A DNA stretch of 64,000 nt, taken from NCBI GenBank assembly GCA_977020255.1, contig CDROCS010002357.1:1-64000 (forward strand), read 5' to 3'. Shown here in pieces: positions 9,372 to 20,764 of this stretch. This DNA comes from Obrimoposthia wandeli (Eukaryota). Numbering within the stretch: the stretch's first letter is position 1; every line of letters starts with the position of its first letter. Under the pieces are notes generated by a model. That model saw nothing but the letters and a program-made list of their open reading frames with translations, did no database searches and was not told the DNA's origin. The position numbers and the translations under genes were made by a program.

Positions 9372-10067
9372 CTAAGGGCACCAAAGTACCGTCATTTTAT
9401 TATTTAAAAAGCGCCTGATAGGCATTTTACCTATATTATTACCGGCTAAAGCAGTGGTTAACGTTTGCTGTTTATCAGTTCCCTTAATCTGTAAAAATAA
9501 ATTTCTTGCTTTATCTATCGCATCAGCACTTAAACTAATCCTGGCGTATTCAGCAGTGCTTGGATAGGTAGCTAAATATAAATCAGAAGTCGATAGTCCG
9601 GCTTCGATTTGCTGGCAGCAAGGAAATAAAGAAGCCGTATGCCCATCATTACCCATACCTAGCAAGACGACATCAAAAGGCAGTGCAACATTTGAGAAGT
9701 CGCGGTTAATTTTTAGGACCGCTTGATCGGCGGTCAAGCCTGAATGATGGAGACCAATAAAATGAGCTTTAGCAGCGCAGTTCTGCAACAGGTTCTTTTC
9801 AACTAATTGTTGGTTGCTGTCTTTGTGATCAGGGGCTACCCAGCGATCATCAACTAAAGTAATCGTCACTTTGTGCCATTCAATTTTAATTAGACTTAGA
9901 AGAGCGAATAGTTTTTTGGGAGTGCTGCCACCGGACACAGCCAGAGAAGCTTGCTTATTTAATGTTATTTGCGACTGTAAGATAGCAGCAATTTTTTTGG
10001 CTAAAAAATGGCTTTGATCATTTAGTTGGTCAAATTCAAGATAATTAATGTTACTAGTGGCCTGCAT
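9372..10067 (-). CDS. pgl: 6-phosphogluconolactonase
   Basis: VSGGSTP, LVDDRWV, LLGMGNDGHTASLFP. Confidence 0.95.
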   Translation of the reverse strand: MQATSNINYLEFDQLNDQSHFLAKKIAAILQSQITLNKQASLAVSGGSTPKKLFALLSLIKIEWHKVTITLVDDRWVAPDHKDSNQQLVEKNLLQNCAAKAHFIGLHHSGLTADQAVLKINRDFSNVALPFDVVLLGMGNDGHTASLFPCCQQIEAGLSTSDLYLATYPSTAEYARISLSADAIDKARNLFLQIKGTDKQQTLTTALAGNNIGKMPIRRFLNNKMTVLWCP

Positions 10068-10068
10068 A

Positions 10069-11541
10069 TTACTCCTCCATATACCATTGTCGGTTGTCTT
10101 TTCTGATAATGATTTCGGCTTCGGTAGGGCCCCAGCTTCCTGCTGGGTATTTGTGCAAAATATGATCGCTTGATTTCCAATGGCTCATGATTTTGTCGCA
10201 CCAAGTCCAGGCATGTTCTATTTCATCTCGGCGAACAAATAAATACTGGTTGCCTTTGATAACTTCGTATAATAAACGTTCATATGCGTGGGGTGTTCGG
10301 GTTCCTTTAAATTCTTGATTGAAATTCAAATCTAGAACCGTAGGTTGGATTTGAATATCGTTATTAATGCCGGGGGATTTAGTTTGTACTTGTAAAGATA
10401 CGCCTTCATTAGGCTGTAAGCTCAATATCAACTTATTGCTCGCCAAGTCCCTCTGGTCTGGATCGAAAATAAAATGTGGTTGTTGTTTGAAATGAATGAT
10501 TATTTCGGTTTTCTTTTGTTTCATCCTTTTACCCGTTCTTAGGTAAAAGGGAACGCCTGCCCAGCGCCAATTACTTATTTCAGCACGAATCGCGACAAAA
10601 GTTTCAGTATCACTCACACCCTTTGCGTCAGCTTCTTTATTGTAAGCAGGTAATAATTCAACATCATTGTTACCGCTATCGTATTGACCACAAACAACAG
10701 AATCTTTTTGTTGTGAATAATCAATGGGCTTTAGCTGTCTTAAAACTTTAACTTTTTGATCGCGGATGCTGTCTGCAGATAAATCATCGGGTGGATCCAT
10801 TGCAACCAGAGATAGTAGTTGCAGTAAATGATTTTGTACCATGTCCCGCATCTGTCCTGCTTTGTCAAAATAGCTCCACCGACCTTCTATGCCGAGAGAT
10901 TCAGCGATGGTGATTTCAACATGAGAAATGTAGTTTTGGTTCCACTGAGTACCAAAAATGGGGTTGGCGAACCGGAGTGCTAACAAATTTTGCACTGTTT
11001 CCTTGCCCAGATAATGATCGATTCTGTAGATTTGCTGCTCATTGAAATACTGCGCTACTTGATCATTAATCTCAGAAGAAGAGTCTCTGTCAAAACCCAG
11101 CGGTTTTTCTAGAACTACTCGGCAGCTTTCTTTAATGCAGTCATGTTGATGTAAGTTCTGGCTAATAGTGCCGAAAAACTGTGCAGCAGTGGCGTAATAG
11201 AATATGCATTGTTGAGTGGGAAGTTCCTCTAACAGCTGTTTTAGAGGTTTGTAGTCTTGCTCATTTTGAAAGTCTAATTTTATATATGAAATTCTTGCTA
11301 ACAGCTTGTCTAAGGTAGCTTGATTATACCTGTTTGATTCAACGTGAAGTTTTAAGTTGTCAGATACTTGGTTGCAGTACTTTTCAAACGTCATGCTCTG
11401 TCTGGCTAGGCAGATAATTCTGCTACCTAGGGGTAATAAGTCATCTTGTTCTAAATCATATAGAGACGGGAGTAGTTTGCGCAGTGATAAATCACCTAAA
11501 GCGCCAAAAATAATAATGTCTGTTGCTGCAGGTGCTTTCAT
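10069..11541 (-). CDS. zwf: glucose-6-phosphate 1-dehydrogenase
   Basis: GALGDL, RIDHYLGKE, RWAGVPFYLRTGK. Confidence 0.97.
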   Translation of the reverse strand: MKAPAATDIIIFGALGDLSLRKLLPSLYDLEQDDLLPLGSRIICLARQSMTFEKYCNQVSDNLKLHVESNRYNQATLDKLLARISYIKLDFQNEQDYKPLKQLLEELPTQQCIFYYATAAQFFGTISQNLHQHDCIKESCRVVLEKPLGFDRDSSSEINDQVAQYFNEQQIYRIDHYLGKETVQNLLALRFANPIFGTQWNQNYISHVEITIAESLGIEGRWSYFDKAGQMRDMVQNHLLQLLSLVAMDPPDDLSADSIRDQKVKVLRQLKPIDYSQQKDSVVCGQYDSGNNDVELLPAYNKEADAKGVSDTETFVAIRAEISNWRWAGVPFYLRTGKRMKQKKTEIIIHFKQQPHFIFDPDQRDLASNKLILSLQPNEGVSLQVQTKSPGINNDIQIQPTVLDLNFNQEFKGTRTPHAYERLLYEVIKGNQYLFVRRDEIEHAWTWCDKIMSHWKSSDHILHKYPAGSWGPTEAEIIIRKDNRQWYMEE

Positions 11542-11557
11542 AAGAAACTCTTTTTCT

Positions 11558-11572
11558 TGTAATTAAACTAGA
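11558..11572. promoter_or_regulatory. candidate HexR operator upstream of zwf
   Basis: TGTAATTAAACTAGA resembles the gammaproteobacterial HexR consensus TGTAATWWWATTACA. Confidence 0.45.
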
Positions 11573-11766
11573 TAATGGATAGATTTTAGGTGTTTTATGT
11601 ATAATCGTCAAATTATTGTGTAATATTACTAAAATAAATAATTATAAGGCCCCAGAGTGTAGCGTATAAGGAGCCCAAAAAACGCTTTTATTGGGTTCTT
11701 AAAGGGATGGTTGGCCTTTATGGTAACAACGGATTTATTTTATCCAGCATTTATTATTGATATCGT

Positions 11767-11781
11767 GGTAATATAACTACC
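11767..11781. promoter_or_regulatory. candidate HexR operator in the zwf/hexR divergent region
   Basis: GGTAATATAACTACC, a 15-bp imperfect palindrome of HexR-type geometry. Confidence 0.45.
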
Positions 11782-11938
11782 AAATGGCAATGAGTTTGCT
11801 GTATTTAAAAACATCTTGATATTTCAGTTGCACTTTAATACTCAGGTTTACTTAAATGATAGGTTGTTTATTTTAAGTCAATGGCGCGCACACAGTCAGT
11901 TTGAATCGTGGATCCAGCTATTAATACCGGAGTTTCAA

Positions 11939-12802
11939 TTGTTATCAAAAATCAAAGAAAAGCGTGATCAGTTAAATAAATCGGAACGTAAAGTAGCTGA
12001 TGCGATTTTATTGAATCCATCTATTGTTACACAGCTTAGCATTGCAGCTCTGGCCAAAGCTGCCGGTGTAAGTGAGCCAACAGTCAATCGATTCTGTCGT
12101 AGTTTTTTATCAAAAGGTTTTCCTGATTTTAAAATTCAACTAGCTAAAAGTTTAGTTAGTGGCTCTATGTTTGTCACCAGAAGTGTTGAACAAAATGATA
12201 CGCCGGAGCAGTACACAGATAAGATTTTCACATCGAGCATAGCCACTTTAAATGCGGCTAGAAAACATGTTGATACGACTGTGATATCGACAGCTGTAGA
12301 CCATCTATTACAGGCTAAGCAGATCGCTTTTTTTGGGCTAGGTGCATCTGGATCTGTTGCAAGGGATGCTCAGCATAAATTTTTTAGGTTTAATTTGCCG
12401 GTTATTGCCTACGATGATGTATTAATGCAACGTATGGTTGCCGCTGCATCACATACAGGCGATGTGATCGTTATTATTTCTTACACAGGGCGCACTAAGG
12501 AGCTAGTGGAAATAGCGCAAATAGCAACCGCAACAGGGGCAACGGTGGTAGCTTTGACTTTAGCTGATTCTCCATTGGCCAAGGTATCTTCTATAGTATT
12601 GAGTGTTCCGCATGTGGAGAATACAGATGTCTATATGCCGATGACATCAAGGTTGACTCAATTAACGATATTGGATGTTTTAGCCACAGGAGTAACATTG
12701 CGAAGAGGAATAGGTTTTCATCAGCATTTAGACAAGATAAAGCAGAGTTTACGTACTACACGCTATGCAATTGAAGATGAGGTAGATAGTGAGTTTGATT
12801 GA
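11939..12802 (+). CDS. hexR: HexR (RpiR-family HTH + SIS) regulator
   Basis: [34 protein letters not shown]; lies in the ED cluster. TTG start after a CCGGAG RBS. Confidence 0.93.
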   Translation: MLSKIKEKRDQLNKSERKVADAILLNPSIVTQLSIAALAKAAGVSEPTVNRFCRSFLSKGFPDFKIQLAKSLVSGSMFVTRSVEQNDTPEQYTDKIFTSSIATLNAARKHVDTTVISTAVDHLLQAKQIAFFGLGASGSVARDAQHKFFRFNLPVIAYDDVLMQRMVAAASHTGDVIVIISYTGRTKELVEIAQIATATGATVVALTLADSPLAKVSSIVLSVPHVENTDVYMPMTSRLTQLTILDVLATGVTLRRGIGFHQHLDKIKQSLRTTRYAIEDEVDSEFD

Positions 12803-12908
12803 CACGTTCTCACTATTTATTTTTGAGAAAGCAAAGGGAAATCTAATAATAGAAATACTCAACAGCTTGGCTGCTGAGTATTGGTTTTAAAAACAAGTGG
12901 TTAAGAGA

Positions 12909-14357
12909 CTATTGAATAGCATCGCCAACACGTACAATTTTCAATGTATTGGTGCCACCTTGTGCATCAACATAATCACCTTTCGTGATAACTACTAAAT
13001 CACCTTCTTTTACGCTACCTGTTTTGACAACATCATCAATAGCGCGCTGGTTAATTTCATTCGTTTTCATGCTTGCTGAGCTAAAAGGAATGGTGTGCAC
13101 GTTACGGTACATAGCTACTTTAGTTTGTGTTTCAGGATTATCAGATAAAGCAAAAACAGGTAACGTAGTACGCAAACGCGTCGCTTGCTTAGGAGTTGCT
13201 CCCGACTCTGTCATGCAGATAATCGCTTTTACACCTTCTAAATGGTTTGCAGTATATATTGCGGCCAATGCGATAGTTTCATCGATATTATCAAATTGCT
13301 CGTTAAGGCGGTGTCCTGATTTGGCTAAATTTCTGCTAGATTCTGCTCCACGACAAATTCGATCCATGGCTTCGACCGCTTGAACAGGATATTGCCCAGC
13401 GGCCGTTTCAGCTGAAAGCATTACTGCATCAGTATGATCAAAAACAGCATTTGCTACATCAGATACTTCGGCACGAGTTGGCATTGGGCTGCTAATCATT
13501 GACTCCATCATTTGAGTAGCAGTGATAACAACTTTATTTAAGCTACGTGTGCGCTGAATGATGTGTTTTTGCACGCCAACTAAGGTTGCATCGCCAATTT
13601 CAACTGCTAAGTCACCACGTGCAACCATGACAACTTCAGAGGCTCTGATAATGTTATCTAACACTTCGTCATCAGCAATTGTTTCAGCGCGTTCTATTTT
13701 TGCAACTAATCCAGCTTTCGAGCCAGCAGCGGTCAACAAAGCACGTGCTTCATGCATGTCGTGTTCATCTCTAGGGAATGAGACAGCAATGTAATCGGCA
13801 TTGATTTGTGCGGCAATTATTATATCTGCTTTATCTTTGTCGGTGAGAGCTTTTGCTGAAAGCCCACCACCTAAGCGGTTAATTCCTTTGTTGTTGGAAA
13901 GAGGTCCCGCTGTGACTACTTTTGTGGTGATAGAGTCGCTAGCAACGCCTGTCACTTCAAGTACAACTCTGCCATCGTCAAGTAGTAATACATCGCCAAT
14001 ACTGGAATCGGTAATTAGTGCTAAGTAATCTATTCCAACTTGGTGTTCATCACCATCTTCATAGCCAAGTTTGGCGTTTAATGTGAAAGTAGCACCTTCA
14101 ATAAGTTCTATTTTGCTTTCTTTAAAGCGAGCAATACGAATTTTGGGGCCTTGAAGGTCTGCCAAAATAGCAACAAATACATTGTTTTTTGCCGCCACTT
14201 CTCTAATTATCCTAGCGCGTTCACGGTGATCATCAGCTTCTCCATGAGAGAAGTTAAGTCTTAAAACGTTTGCCCCTGCTAATATAATCGCTTCGATTTC
14301 TTCAAAGCTACTTGTAGATGGACCTAGTGTGGCAACTATTTTAGTATGTCTTAACAT
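12909..14357 (-). CDS. pyk: pyruvate kinase (PykA type)
   Basis: TKIVATLGP, RLNFSHG, DLQGPKIR, AKIERAE, MVARGDL, MLSAETAAG. Confidence 0.97.
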   Translation of the reverse strand: MLRHTKIVATLGPSTSSFEEIEAIILAGANVLRLNFSHGEADDHRERARIIREVAAKNNVFVAILADLQGPKIRIARFKESKIELIEGATFTLNAKLGYEDGDEHQVGIDYLALITDSSIGDVLLLDDGRVVLEVTGVASDSITTKVVTAGPLSNNKGINRLGGGLSAKALTDKDKADIIIAAQINADYIAVSFPRDEHDMHEARALLTAAGSKAGLVAKIERAETIADDEVLDNIIRASEVVMVARGDLAVEIGDATLVGVQKHIIQRTRSLNKVVITATQMMESMISSPMPTRAEVSDVANAVFDHTDAVMLSAETAAGQYPVQAVEAMDRICRGAESSRNLAKSGHRLNEQFDNIDETIALAAIYTANHLEGVKAIICMTESGATPKQATRLRTTLPVFALSDNPETQTKVAMYRNVHTIPFSSASMKTNEINQRAIDDVVKTGSVKEGDLVVITKGDYVDAQGGTNTLKIVRVGDAIQ

Positions 14358-14389
14358 TATAAACTCTCTTTTATCACTCTGATTTATTA

Positions 14390-15397
14390 TTACTGAGCTG
14401 GTGCATTCATGAGGGACAATGTGTTATCTAACATCCTGTTAGAAAAGCCCCATTCGTTATCATACCACGACATGACTTTAACTTGACGCCCTGAAATTTT
14501 TGTTTGCGTCGCATCAAAAATAGATGACAGCGGGTTATGGTTAAAATCAATAGAAACAAGTGGAGCTGTATTAAAGCCTAAAACACTATTTTCTTGGCTC
14601 GCTGTCAACATTATCTGATTTATTTCTTCCACGCTGCAGGCTCTTTTGGCGATAAAACTAAAGTCGACGATAGAGACATTGATGGTTGGTACACGCATCG
14701 CCATACCATCAATTAGCCCTTTAAGTTCAGGAAGTACTAGGCCAACAGCGGCTGCGGCTCCTGTGCTTGTCGGTATCATAGATTGTGTGGCTGATCTGGC
14801 TCTATAAGGATCGCTATGGTAAGTGTCAGAAAGATTCTGATCATTAGTGTAGGCATGAATCGTTGTCATTATGCCAGATTCTATGCCAACGCTAGCATTT
14901 AAAGCTTGTGCAACAGGTGCCAAACAGTTTGTAGTGCATGAAGCATTGGAAATTATTTGATGCTCAGCGCGTAAAATTTGATCATTAACACCATGCACAA
15001 CAGTAGCATCTACTTCTTTGCCTGGGGCGGAAATAATAACTTTGCTAGCGCCTGCTTCAATGTGTGCCTGTGCTTGCTTTCTATGTGTGAAAAATCCGGT
15101 ACATTCATAAACGACGTCGATATTTAGTTTTTTCCAAGGCAGGTTCCCAGGTTCGCGTTCTGAGAACATAACGATTTTATCATTATTAACCGTTAAAGAT
15201 TCCGCGTCGTGACTGATTTTACCTTTAAAAGGGCCGTGCACAGAATCGTATTGGAAAAGGTGGGCGTTCATCTCAGCTGCACCTAAATCGTTTATAGCTA
15301 CTACTTGTATATCGTCTCTATAGCCACCTTCATAAAGCGCTCTTAAAATATTTCGTCCGATTCTTCCAAAACCATTAATAGCAACGCGAATAGTCAT
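14390..15397 (-). CDS. gap: type I glyceraldehyde-3-phosphate dehydrogenase
   Basis: [28 protein letters not shown]; resembles the ED-linked Pseudomonas GapA. Confidence 0.96.
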   Translation of the reverse strand: MTIRVAINGFGRIGRNILRALYEGGYRDDIQVVAINDLGAAEMNAHLFQYDSVHGPFKGKISHDAESLTVNNDKIVMFSEREPGNLPWKKLNIDVVYECTGFFTHRKQAQAHIEAGASKVIISAPGKEVDATVVHGVNDQILRAEHQIISNASCTTNCLAPVAQALNASVGIESGIMTTIHAYTNDQNLSDTYHSDPYRARSATQSMIPTSTGAAAAVGLVLPELKGLIDGMAMRVPTINVSIVDFSFIAKRACSVEEINQIMLTASQENSVLGFNTAPLVSIDFNHNPLSSIFDATQTKISGRQVKVMSWYDNEWGFSNRMLDNTLSLMNAPAQ

Positions 15398-15464
15398 AAC
15401 AAACCTCTATACTGTGAAAATTTATTTAATATTACTCCTTTTTAGGTTGTTTGGTAGCTATTTA

Positions 15465-15489
15465 TGTAATTAATCTTGTAATATTACAA
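15465..15489. promoter_or_regulatory. candidate HexR-type operator upstream of gap (gap/edd divergent region)
   Basis: Two TGTAAT half-sites and a perfect palindrome TTGTAATATTACAA (15476-15489). Spacing differs from the 15-bp consensus. Confidence 0.45.
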
Positions 15490-15931
15490 CATAAATCAAA
15501 TAATGTTCTAATGCTTATACTAGCGTTTGGTTGCTACTATTTGGCGAGTGATCTAATAGCGTTTGATTTATAAAAGGAATTGTAGTCAGTGGTATAGACG
15601 ATTGTCGCTAAATATTGAATATTCAATAGCTACCGCTTTGGGCTAATAATAAAATATTAGCTTAGTGTATTGAAAAAATCAGGTAAGTATTGTTTATAAA
15701 ATTTGAAGGCAAACTTTTTGTAGTAGAATGTTCTAAATTCTAGGTAGGATAACTTAAACTGGTTTTTCTAGCGTGAAATGCTGATATGTAAAGCAAGCAA
15801 AATCGGGTAATTACTTTTTAGTTCAAAGAGATTGTCTAAGGTTTAAGTATATTAAGCGTCTTTGCAAAGTATCAATATTTAGGTAACAAATTTAGAGTAC
15901 AAGTAATTAAGCGTAATTAAAGGTGAGAAGA

Positions 15932-17737
15932 ATGCATAGTGAAGTGAGCAGAATAACACAGCGTATTATTGAGCGTAGTCGTGCTAGTCGAAGTGATTAT
16001 GTTAGTCGAATGCAGCGCGCTGAAGAATCTGGAGTGCATCGCGGTGTATTGTCTTGTGGTAATTTAGCTCATGGTTTCGCAGCTTGTAACCCCAGTGATA
16101 AATCGGCATTGAAAATGACAAATGCTGTGAATATAGGAATAGTTTCTGCATACAACGATATGTTATCGGCGCATCAGCCGTTTCAATTCTATCCAGAAAT
16201 TTTTAAGAAAACCGCTCAGCAAATGGGGTCTGTTGCACAGTTTGCTGGTGGTGTCCCTGCCATGTGTGACGGGGTGACGCAAGGCCAGCCAGGCATGGAA
16301 TTAAGCTTGTTTAGTCGTGATGTGATTGCGATGTCAAGTGCTATAGGGCTGTCGCATAACATGTTTGATTGTGCAGCATACTTAGGTGTGTGCGATAAAA
16401 TAGTACCAGGGCTATTGATAGGTGCATTAAGTTTTGGCCACCTGCCGACTATTTTTGTACCAGCAGGGCCTATGCCTAGTGGTTTACCTAATCATGAAAA
16501 GGCACGCATTAGACAGCTGTACGCAGAGGGAAAAGTGGATCGCAAAGCGCTGCTCGAATGTGAATCCGATTCTTATCACAGTGCAGGTACTTGCACTTTT
16601 TATGGGACGGCTAATAGTAATCAGTTGATTGTGGAGTTGATGGGGTTGCACCTACCAGGATCTTCATTCATAAACCCAGGTACACCATTGCGCGATGCGC
16701 TCACTAGTGAAGCTTGTCGTAGGCTAATTAAGCTGACGCGTCAAAATGGCGGGTTCACGCCGTTATACGAAATTGTCACCGAATACTCTATTGTGAATGC
16801 AATTGTAGCTTTACTGGCAACGGGGGGGTCTACAAATCATACTATGCATATTATCGCGATCGCGAAAGCAGCGGGCGTTATTGTTGATTGGGATGATTTT
16901 TCAGAGCTTTCAGCTGTTACGCCGTTAGTCACCAAAATATATCCTAATGGTCAAGCGGATATTAATCATTTTCAGGCTGCTGGTGGTACTTCATATTTAG
17001 TGAGAACATTGCTTGCAGGTGGGTATTTGCATGAAAATGTTAAAACCATTATGGGTGACGGCTTAAAGCACTACACAAAAGAGCCTTTTTTGGATAATGA
17101 CAAAGTTGTTTGGAAAGAAGGGACGAGTACTAGTTTGGACCTTCAAGTGTTATCCAGTTTCGAACAGCCTTTTAGTGCCGAAGGTGGCGTAAAACTACTA
17201 AAAGGAAATTTAGGCAGAGCAGTTATCAAAGTATCAGCAGTGAATGTGGAGCATCAAATAGTAACAGCGCCAGCTATTGTGTTTGATGATCAAAATGAAA
17301 TTGCTAAATATTTTGATAAAGGATTGTTAAATAAAGATTTTATTGCGGTGGTGCGCTTTCAAGGGCCTAAGTGCAACGGTATGCCCGAATTACATAAATT
17401 AACCCCTTTTCTTGGATCATTACAAGATAAAGGCTACCAAGTCGCCCTTGTAACAGATGGAAGGATGTCAGGTGCATCAGGTAAAGTACCTGCGGCTATA
17501 CATCTTTGGCCAGAGGCGAGTGAAGATGGCTTAATTGGTAAAATTCAGAATGGGGATGTCATCACTGTAAATGCAATAACAGGAGAATTGATATTACAAG
17601 TGACTGATCAAGAGTTAAGTTTGCGCAAGCAAGCTAGTGCTGATAAAACGGCTAATAGCCATGGTATGGGTAGAGAGTTATTCGCACCAATGCGTGCCCA
17701 AGTGTGCTGTGCAGAATTAGGAGCAAGTGTTTTTTAG
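15932..17737 (+). CDS. edd: phosphogluconate dehydratase
   Basis: [49 protein letters not shown]. Confidence 0.97.
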   Translation: MHSEVSRITQRIIERSRASRSDYVSRMQRAEESGVHRGVLSCGNLAHGFAACNPSDKSALKMTNAVNIGIVSAYNDMLSAHQPFQFYPEIFKKTAQQMGSVAQFAGGVPAMCDGVTQGQPGMELSLFSRDVIAMSSAIGLSHNMFDCAAYLGVCDKIVPGLLIGALSFGHLPTIFVPAGPMPSGLPNHEKARIRQLYAEGKVDRKALLECESDSYHSAGTCTFYGTANSNQLIVELMGLHLPGSSFINPGTPLRDALTSEACRRLIKLTRQNGGFTPLYEIVTEYSIVNAIVALLATGGSTNHTMHIIAIAKAAGVIVDWDDFSELSAVTPLVTKIYPNGQADINHFQAAGGTSYLVRTLLAGGYLHENVKTIMGDGLKHYTKEPFLDNDKVVWKEGTSTSLDLQVLSSFEQPFSAEGGVKLLKGNLGRAVIKVSAVNVEHQIVTAPAIVFDDQNEIAKYFDKGLLNKDFIAVVRFQGPKCNGMPELHKLTPFLGSLQDKGYQVALVTDGRMSGASGKVPAAIHLWPEASEDGLIGKIQNGDVITVNAITGELILQVTDQELSLRKQASADKTANSHGMGRELFAPMRAQVCCAELGASVF

Positions 17738-17872
17738 CGTTGAACCATGATGAGAAACTCTTGATTGATAGAGTGTATTGAAAATAGTGAGTAGAGTGCT
17801 CTATATCATTTATTTGGTATGTTCGCATATTTAAAACTTAATAAAGGCAGATAGTCATTTTGGAGAGTAAAA

Positions 17873-18844
17873 TTGAGTTTCTATGCGCTAGTTGGTGATA
17901 TTGGTGGTACGAATGCGCGTTTCGCACTGGTTGAAAAAGACAGTGTACAACTGCAACACGTAGTTGTATTAAGCTGTAGTGACTTTGATAACTTTGACGA
18001 TGCCTTTACTTATTATTATCAAAGCATAAGTGTAAAACCATTGGATGTTGCATGCATTTCATTTGCCTGTCCGATAAGTGATGAAATAGCGATGACAAAT
18101 AATCATTGGGCCTTTAATGTAAAGGCAATGCAAAGGAAGCTGTGCTTGGTGCAATTTAGTTTACTTAATGATTTTACTGCCATGGCTTACGGGACATTAT
18201 TTCTTAACGAGCAAGATAAAATACCTATACAAATAGGTAGTAACAGTCATTCAAGTGACCCTCGTTTAGTCATAGGACCCGGGACGGGTTTGGGTGTATC
18301 AGGTTTAGTACCTATCCAGTCACCTTCTAAAAGTATTGAATGGCATGCAATAGCAACTGAAGGAGGGCATGTTTCCTTCGCTGCTTTAAATAAATTGCAA
18401 ACTGAAGTGCTGTGCATTTTTCAGCGCCAATATTCGCGTGTTTCAGTCGAAAGAATACTTTCAGGCAATGGTATTCTCGCTTTATATCTAGCGCTGTGCG
18501 AAATACATGAGCAACAAAGTCAGTATTCAACAGCAGCACAGATTACACACGCAGCAATAGAGCATTTGTGTGACTTAGCTGCGTTAGCTATAAATACTTT
18601 TTGTGAAATACTGGGTGCTGTTACAGGGGATATGGTTTTAGCGCAAGGTGCGCGTGGCGGTGTATATTTGTGTGGAGGGATACTTCCCCGCATAAAAGAG
18701 GTGTTACTTAGCAGTGAATTTACGAAAGCTTTGTGTCATAAAGGCCGTTTTCAGCAATATTTAGCTGATGTGCCTGTTTGGCTGTGCGATGCGCAGTATC
18801 CGGGTTTATTAGGTGCAGCGGGTGCTTTACAAATGAGAAAGTGA
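17873..18844 (+). CDS. glk: glucokinase
   Basis: GDIGGTNARF, LNDFTA, GPGTGLG, EGGH, ERILSG, GGILPR. Confidence 0.96.
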   Translation: MSFYALVGDIGGTNARFALVEKDSVQLQHVVVLSCSDFDNFDDAFTYYYQSISVKPLDVACISFACPISDEIAMTNNHWAFNVKAMQRKLCLVQFSLLNDFTAMAYGTLFLNEQDKIPIQIGSNSHSSDPRLVIGPGTGLGVSGLVPIQSPSKSIEWHAIATEGGHVSFAALNKLQTEVLCIFQRQYSRVSVERILSGNGILALYLALCEIHEQQSQYSTAAQITHAAIEHLCDLAALAINTFCEILGAVTGDMVLAQGARGGVYLCGGILPRIKEVLLSSEFTKALCHKGRFQQYLADVPVWLCDAQYPGLLGAAGALQMRK

Positions 18845-18911
18845 GGGAGTTTTTTGCTAGGTCATAATTGTATAAAGGCGTTCGCACTATTTTCTTTACA
18901 AAGGAGTTTGA

Positions 18912-19886
18912 ATGCAAGATAAGTTTATTGGTTTTGCTGATGGCATTCACCAAATTCAGTGGCTCGATAAAGATGTTTGGCTAATTGTGCAGCCATGGGG
19001 GCAGCTCGTTGTTGCAAAGCTAGGCGCGCAAGTATTGCACTATCAACCTGTCCATCAATATCCTGTATTTTGGATAAATAATGTGCCACAAGTGAGTGTT
19101 AATGCAGATGAATCTAGTTTTAATGTTAGCGCCGGTTTAAGCCCTGTAAATACAGAAAAGGATACTAGAGGAGGTGTTCCTCTATGTTGGCCTTGGTTTG
19201 GTCCTCACAGTAGTGATGATCAACAACCAAATCATGGTAACGCAAGAATTACACCTTGGGAGTTACAGCGGCATAAATTACAGTGTGCTGGTTCGCAGTT
19301 AAGCGAACAAACTATATCTGAATACGTACCTGTGGGGTTTACAACGAAACTAGAATTCGCTCCTTCAGTGTCTATATCAGATGTATTGAGTGTGAAATTT
19401 GAAATAGAAGCTTGCCATGAGTATTTAACACTTAGTTTAATTACGACTAATGTAAGTGAACAAAAGCAGGCGCTGACACAAGCATTACATTCATATTTTG
19501 CTGTAGGTAATAGTGAAAAGGTTATTGTTGAGGGGCTTAAGCGATGTGAATATTTTGATAAGTTAGATAATCAACGATTCAAATTGCAAGAAAGCGAGTT
19601 AACAAATATCACCGCTATAGATAATATTTATAAACATCATGATAGTGTAAGGGTTGTTGATAAAATATTACAGCGTGAAATTATAGTTAGTAAAATCGGC
19701 AGTGGCTCTACTGTTATTTGGAATCCTGGATTGCAGTATAAAAATTATGGGATTACTCAAAGCCAGCAGCATTTTATTTGTATTGAAGCTGCCAACACAG
19801 ATTATGAACAGTTAATATTAGAGCCTACTGAGAGTACAACAATACAGCAGTGTATTACTTTAAAGCCTATGAGACCTTTAAAATAA
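18912..19886 (+). CDS. D-hexose-6-phosphate mutarotase (aldose 1-epimerase family)
   Basis: GAQVLHY, RGGVPLCWPWFG, HGNAR, QALHSYF, VIWNP, FICIEAAN. Confidence 0.9.
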   Translation: MQDKFIGFADGIHQIQWLDKDVWLIVQPWGQLVVAKLGAQVLHYQPVHQYPVFWINNVPQVSVNADESSFNVSAGLSPVNTEKDTRGGVPLCWPWFGPHSSDDQQPNHGNARITPWELQRHKLQCAGSQLSEQTISEYVPVGFTTKLEFAPSVSISDVLSVKFEIEACHEYLTLSLITTNVSEQKQALTQALHSYFAVGNSEKVIVEGLKRCEYFDKLDNQRFKLQESELTNITAIDNIYKHHDSVRVVDKILQREIIVSKIGSGSTVIWNPGLQYKNYGITQSQQHFICIEAANTDYEQLILEPTESTTIQQCITLKPMRPLK

Positions 19887-19899
19887 AGTCAGCGCAGTG

Positions 19900-20586
19900 T
19901 TATAAGCACTGCTGAGCTTGGCTCGAATTCAGTTTTTGAATGTAGTTTTTGTGCACCCAGCCGTTTACTTTTTGGTACGCTATCTTGCACCATTTTCCTT
20001 TGCAGCTATAGCGTTTGATACAACTAGTATTGAAAGGGATGGCGCCCATTTTTTTGCTTTTATAGCTGGTTTGTTGACGAACGTTTAAAGTGTCATTCTT
20101 TTTTACTTTTATTACTTTAACCCAAGAAAAGCGAGCGTCACTTTTTTTAGTTGTGCTTGCTGCTTGTGAAATTTGTTCGTTAGTTGTAATTGTTTGATTA
20201 CCCGCGGTTTTAGGGTTTGCACTGCAGCTACGTGATGTTGTTTGCTTTTGAGTTAATTTATTAAGTACTGTTTCGCTTGTAGCGTACTTCTTATTTTCAA
20301 ACTCCACCAAGCAAATACCTTGATTACAACTGTATAGCTTAATACAACTAGCTCCTGCTTGAAGAGTGCTTTTAGCGTTCTTAACTCGCGGTAAAATTTG
20401 TACGCTAGGTATGCCTTTGGAGCTGGAGTTAGTTAAATAAATCGCTAGATTTGCTTTGTCGGCATCATCAAATATTTTTTGTACTTCGTTTATTTTCAAA
20501 TTAGAATACAAACTTTCAGCTAGTAGTGATGTACTTAAAAGTGCAAAAACTGCCGATAAAGAGATTGAAATAATATACTTAATCAT
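19900..20586 (-). CDS. secreted Cys-rich protein with a C-terminal SH3b-type domain and a degenerate second repeat
   Basis: Signal peptide; DTLNVR...WCKIAY..VNGWV.. SH3b signature; internal repeat SCIKLYSC / SCIKRYSC. Confidence 0.7.
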   Translation of the reverse strand: MIKYIISISLSAVFALLSTSLLAESLYSNLKINEVQKIFDDADKANLAIYLTNSSSKGIPSVQILPRVKNAKSTLQAGASCIKLYSCNQGICLVEFENKKYATSETVLNKLTQKQTTSRSCSANPKTAGNQTITTNEQISQAASTTKKSDARFSWVKVIKVKKNDTLNVRQQTSYKSKKMGAIPFNTSCIKRYSCKGKWCKIAYQKVNGWVHKNYIQKLNSSQAQQCL

Positions 20587-20764
20587 TCTAATGCCTTGAG
20601 GTTAAATAAAGTAATTAAAAAATCTAGCAACCGCTAAACTTCCTTAGTTTATAAAATAGAGCTGCACCGTCATTTTGCTAAAATTTAATGTTTACCACCT
20701 ACTATTGTAGAATATATGAATTTCAGGTGATTTTTTTAGTTGATAAAGCTTGGGTTTATCGTAT

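Noticed and set aside
5508-9940. Additional CCGGACAC matches to the IS/MITE end (about 5508 and 9932)
   Set aside because: Both lie inside intact coding sequences with no partner end or TSD; chance matches.
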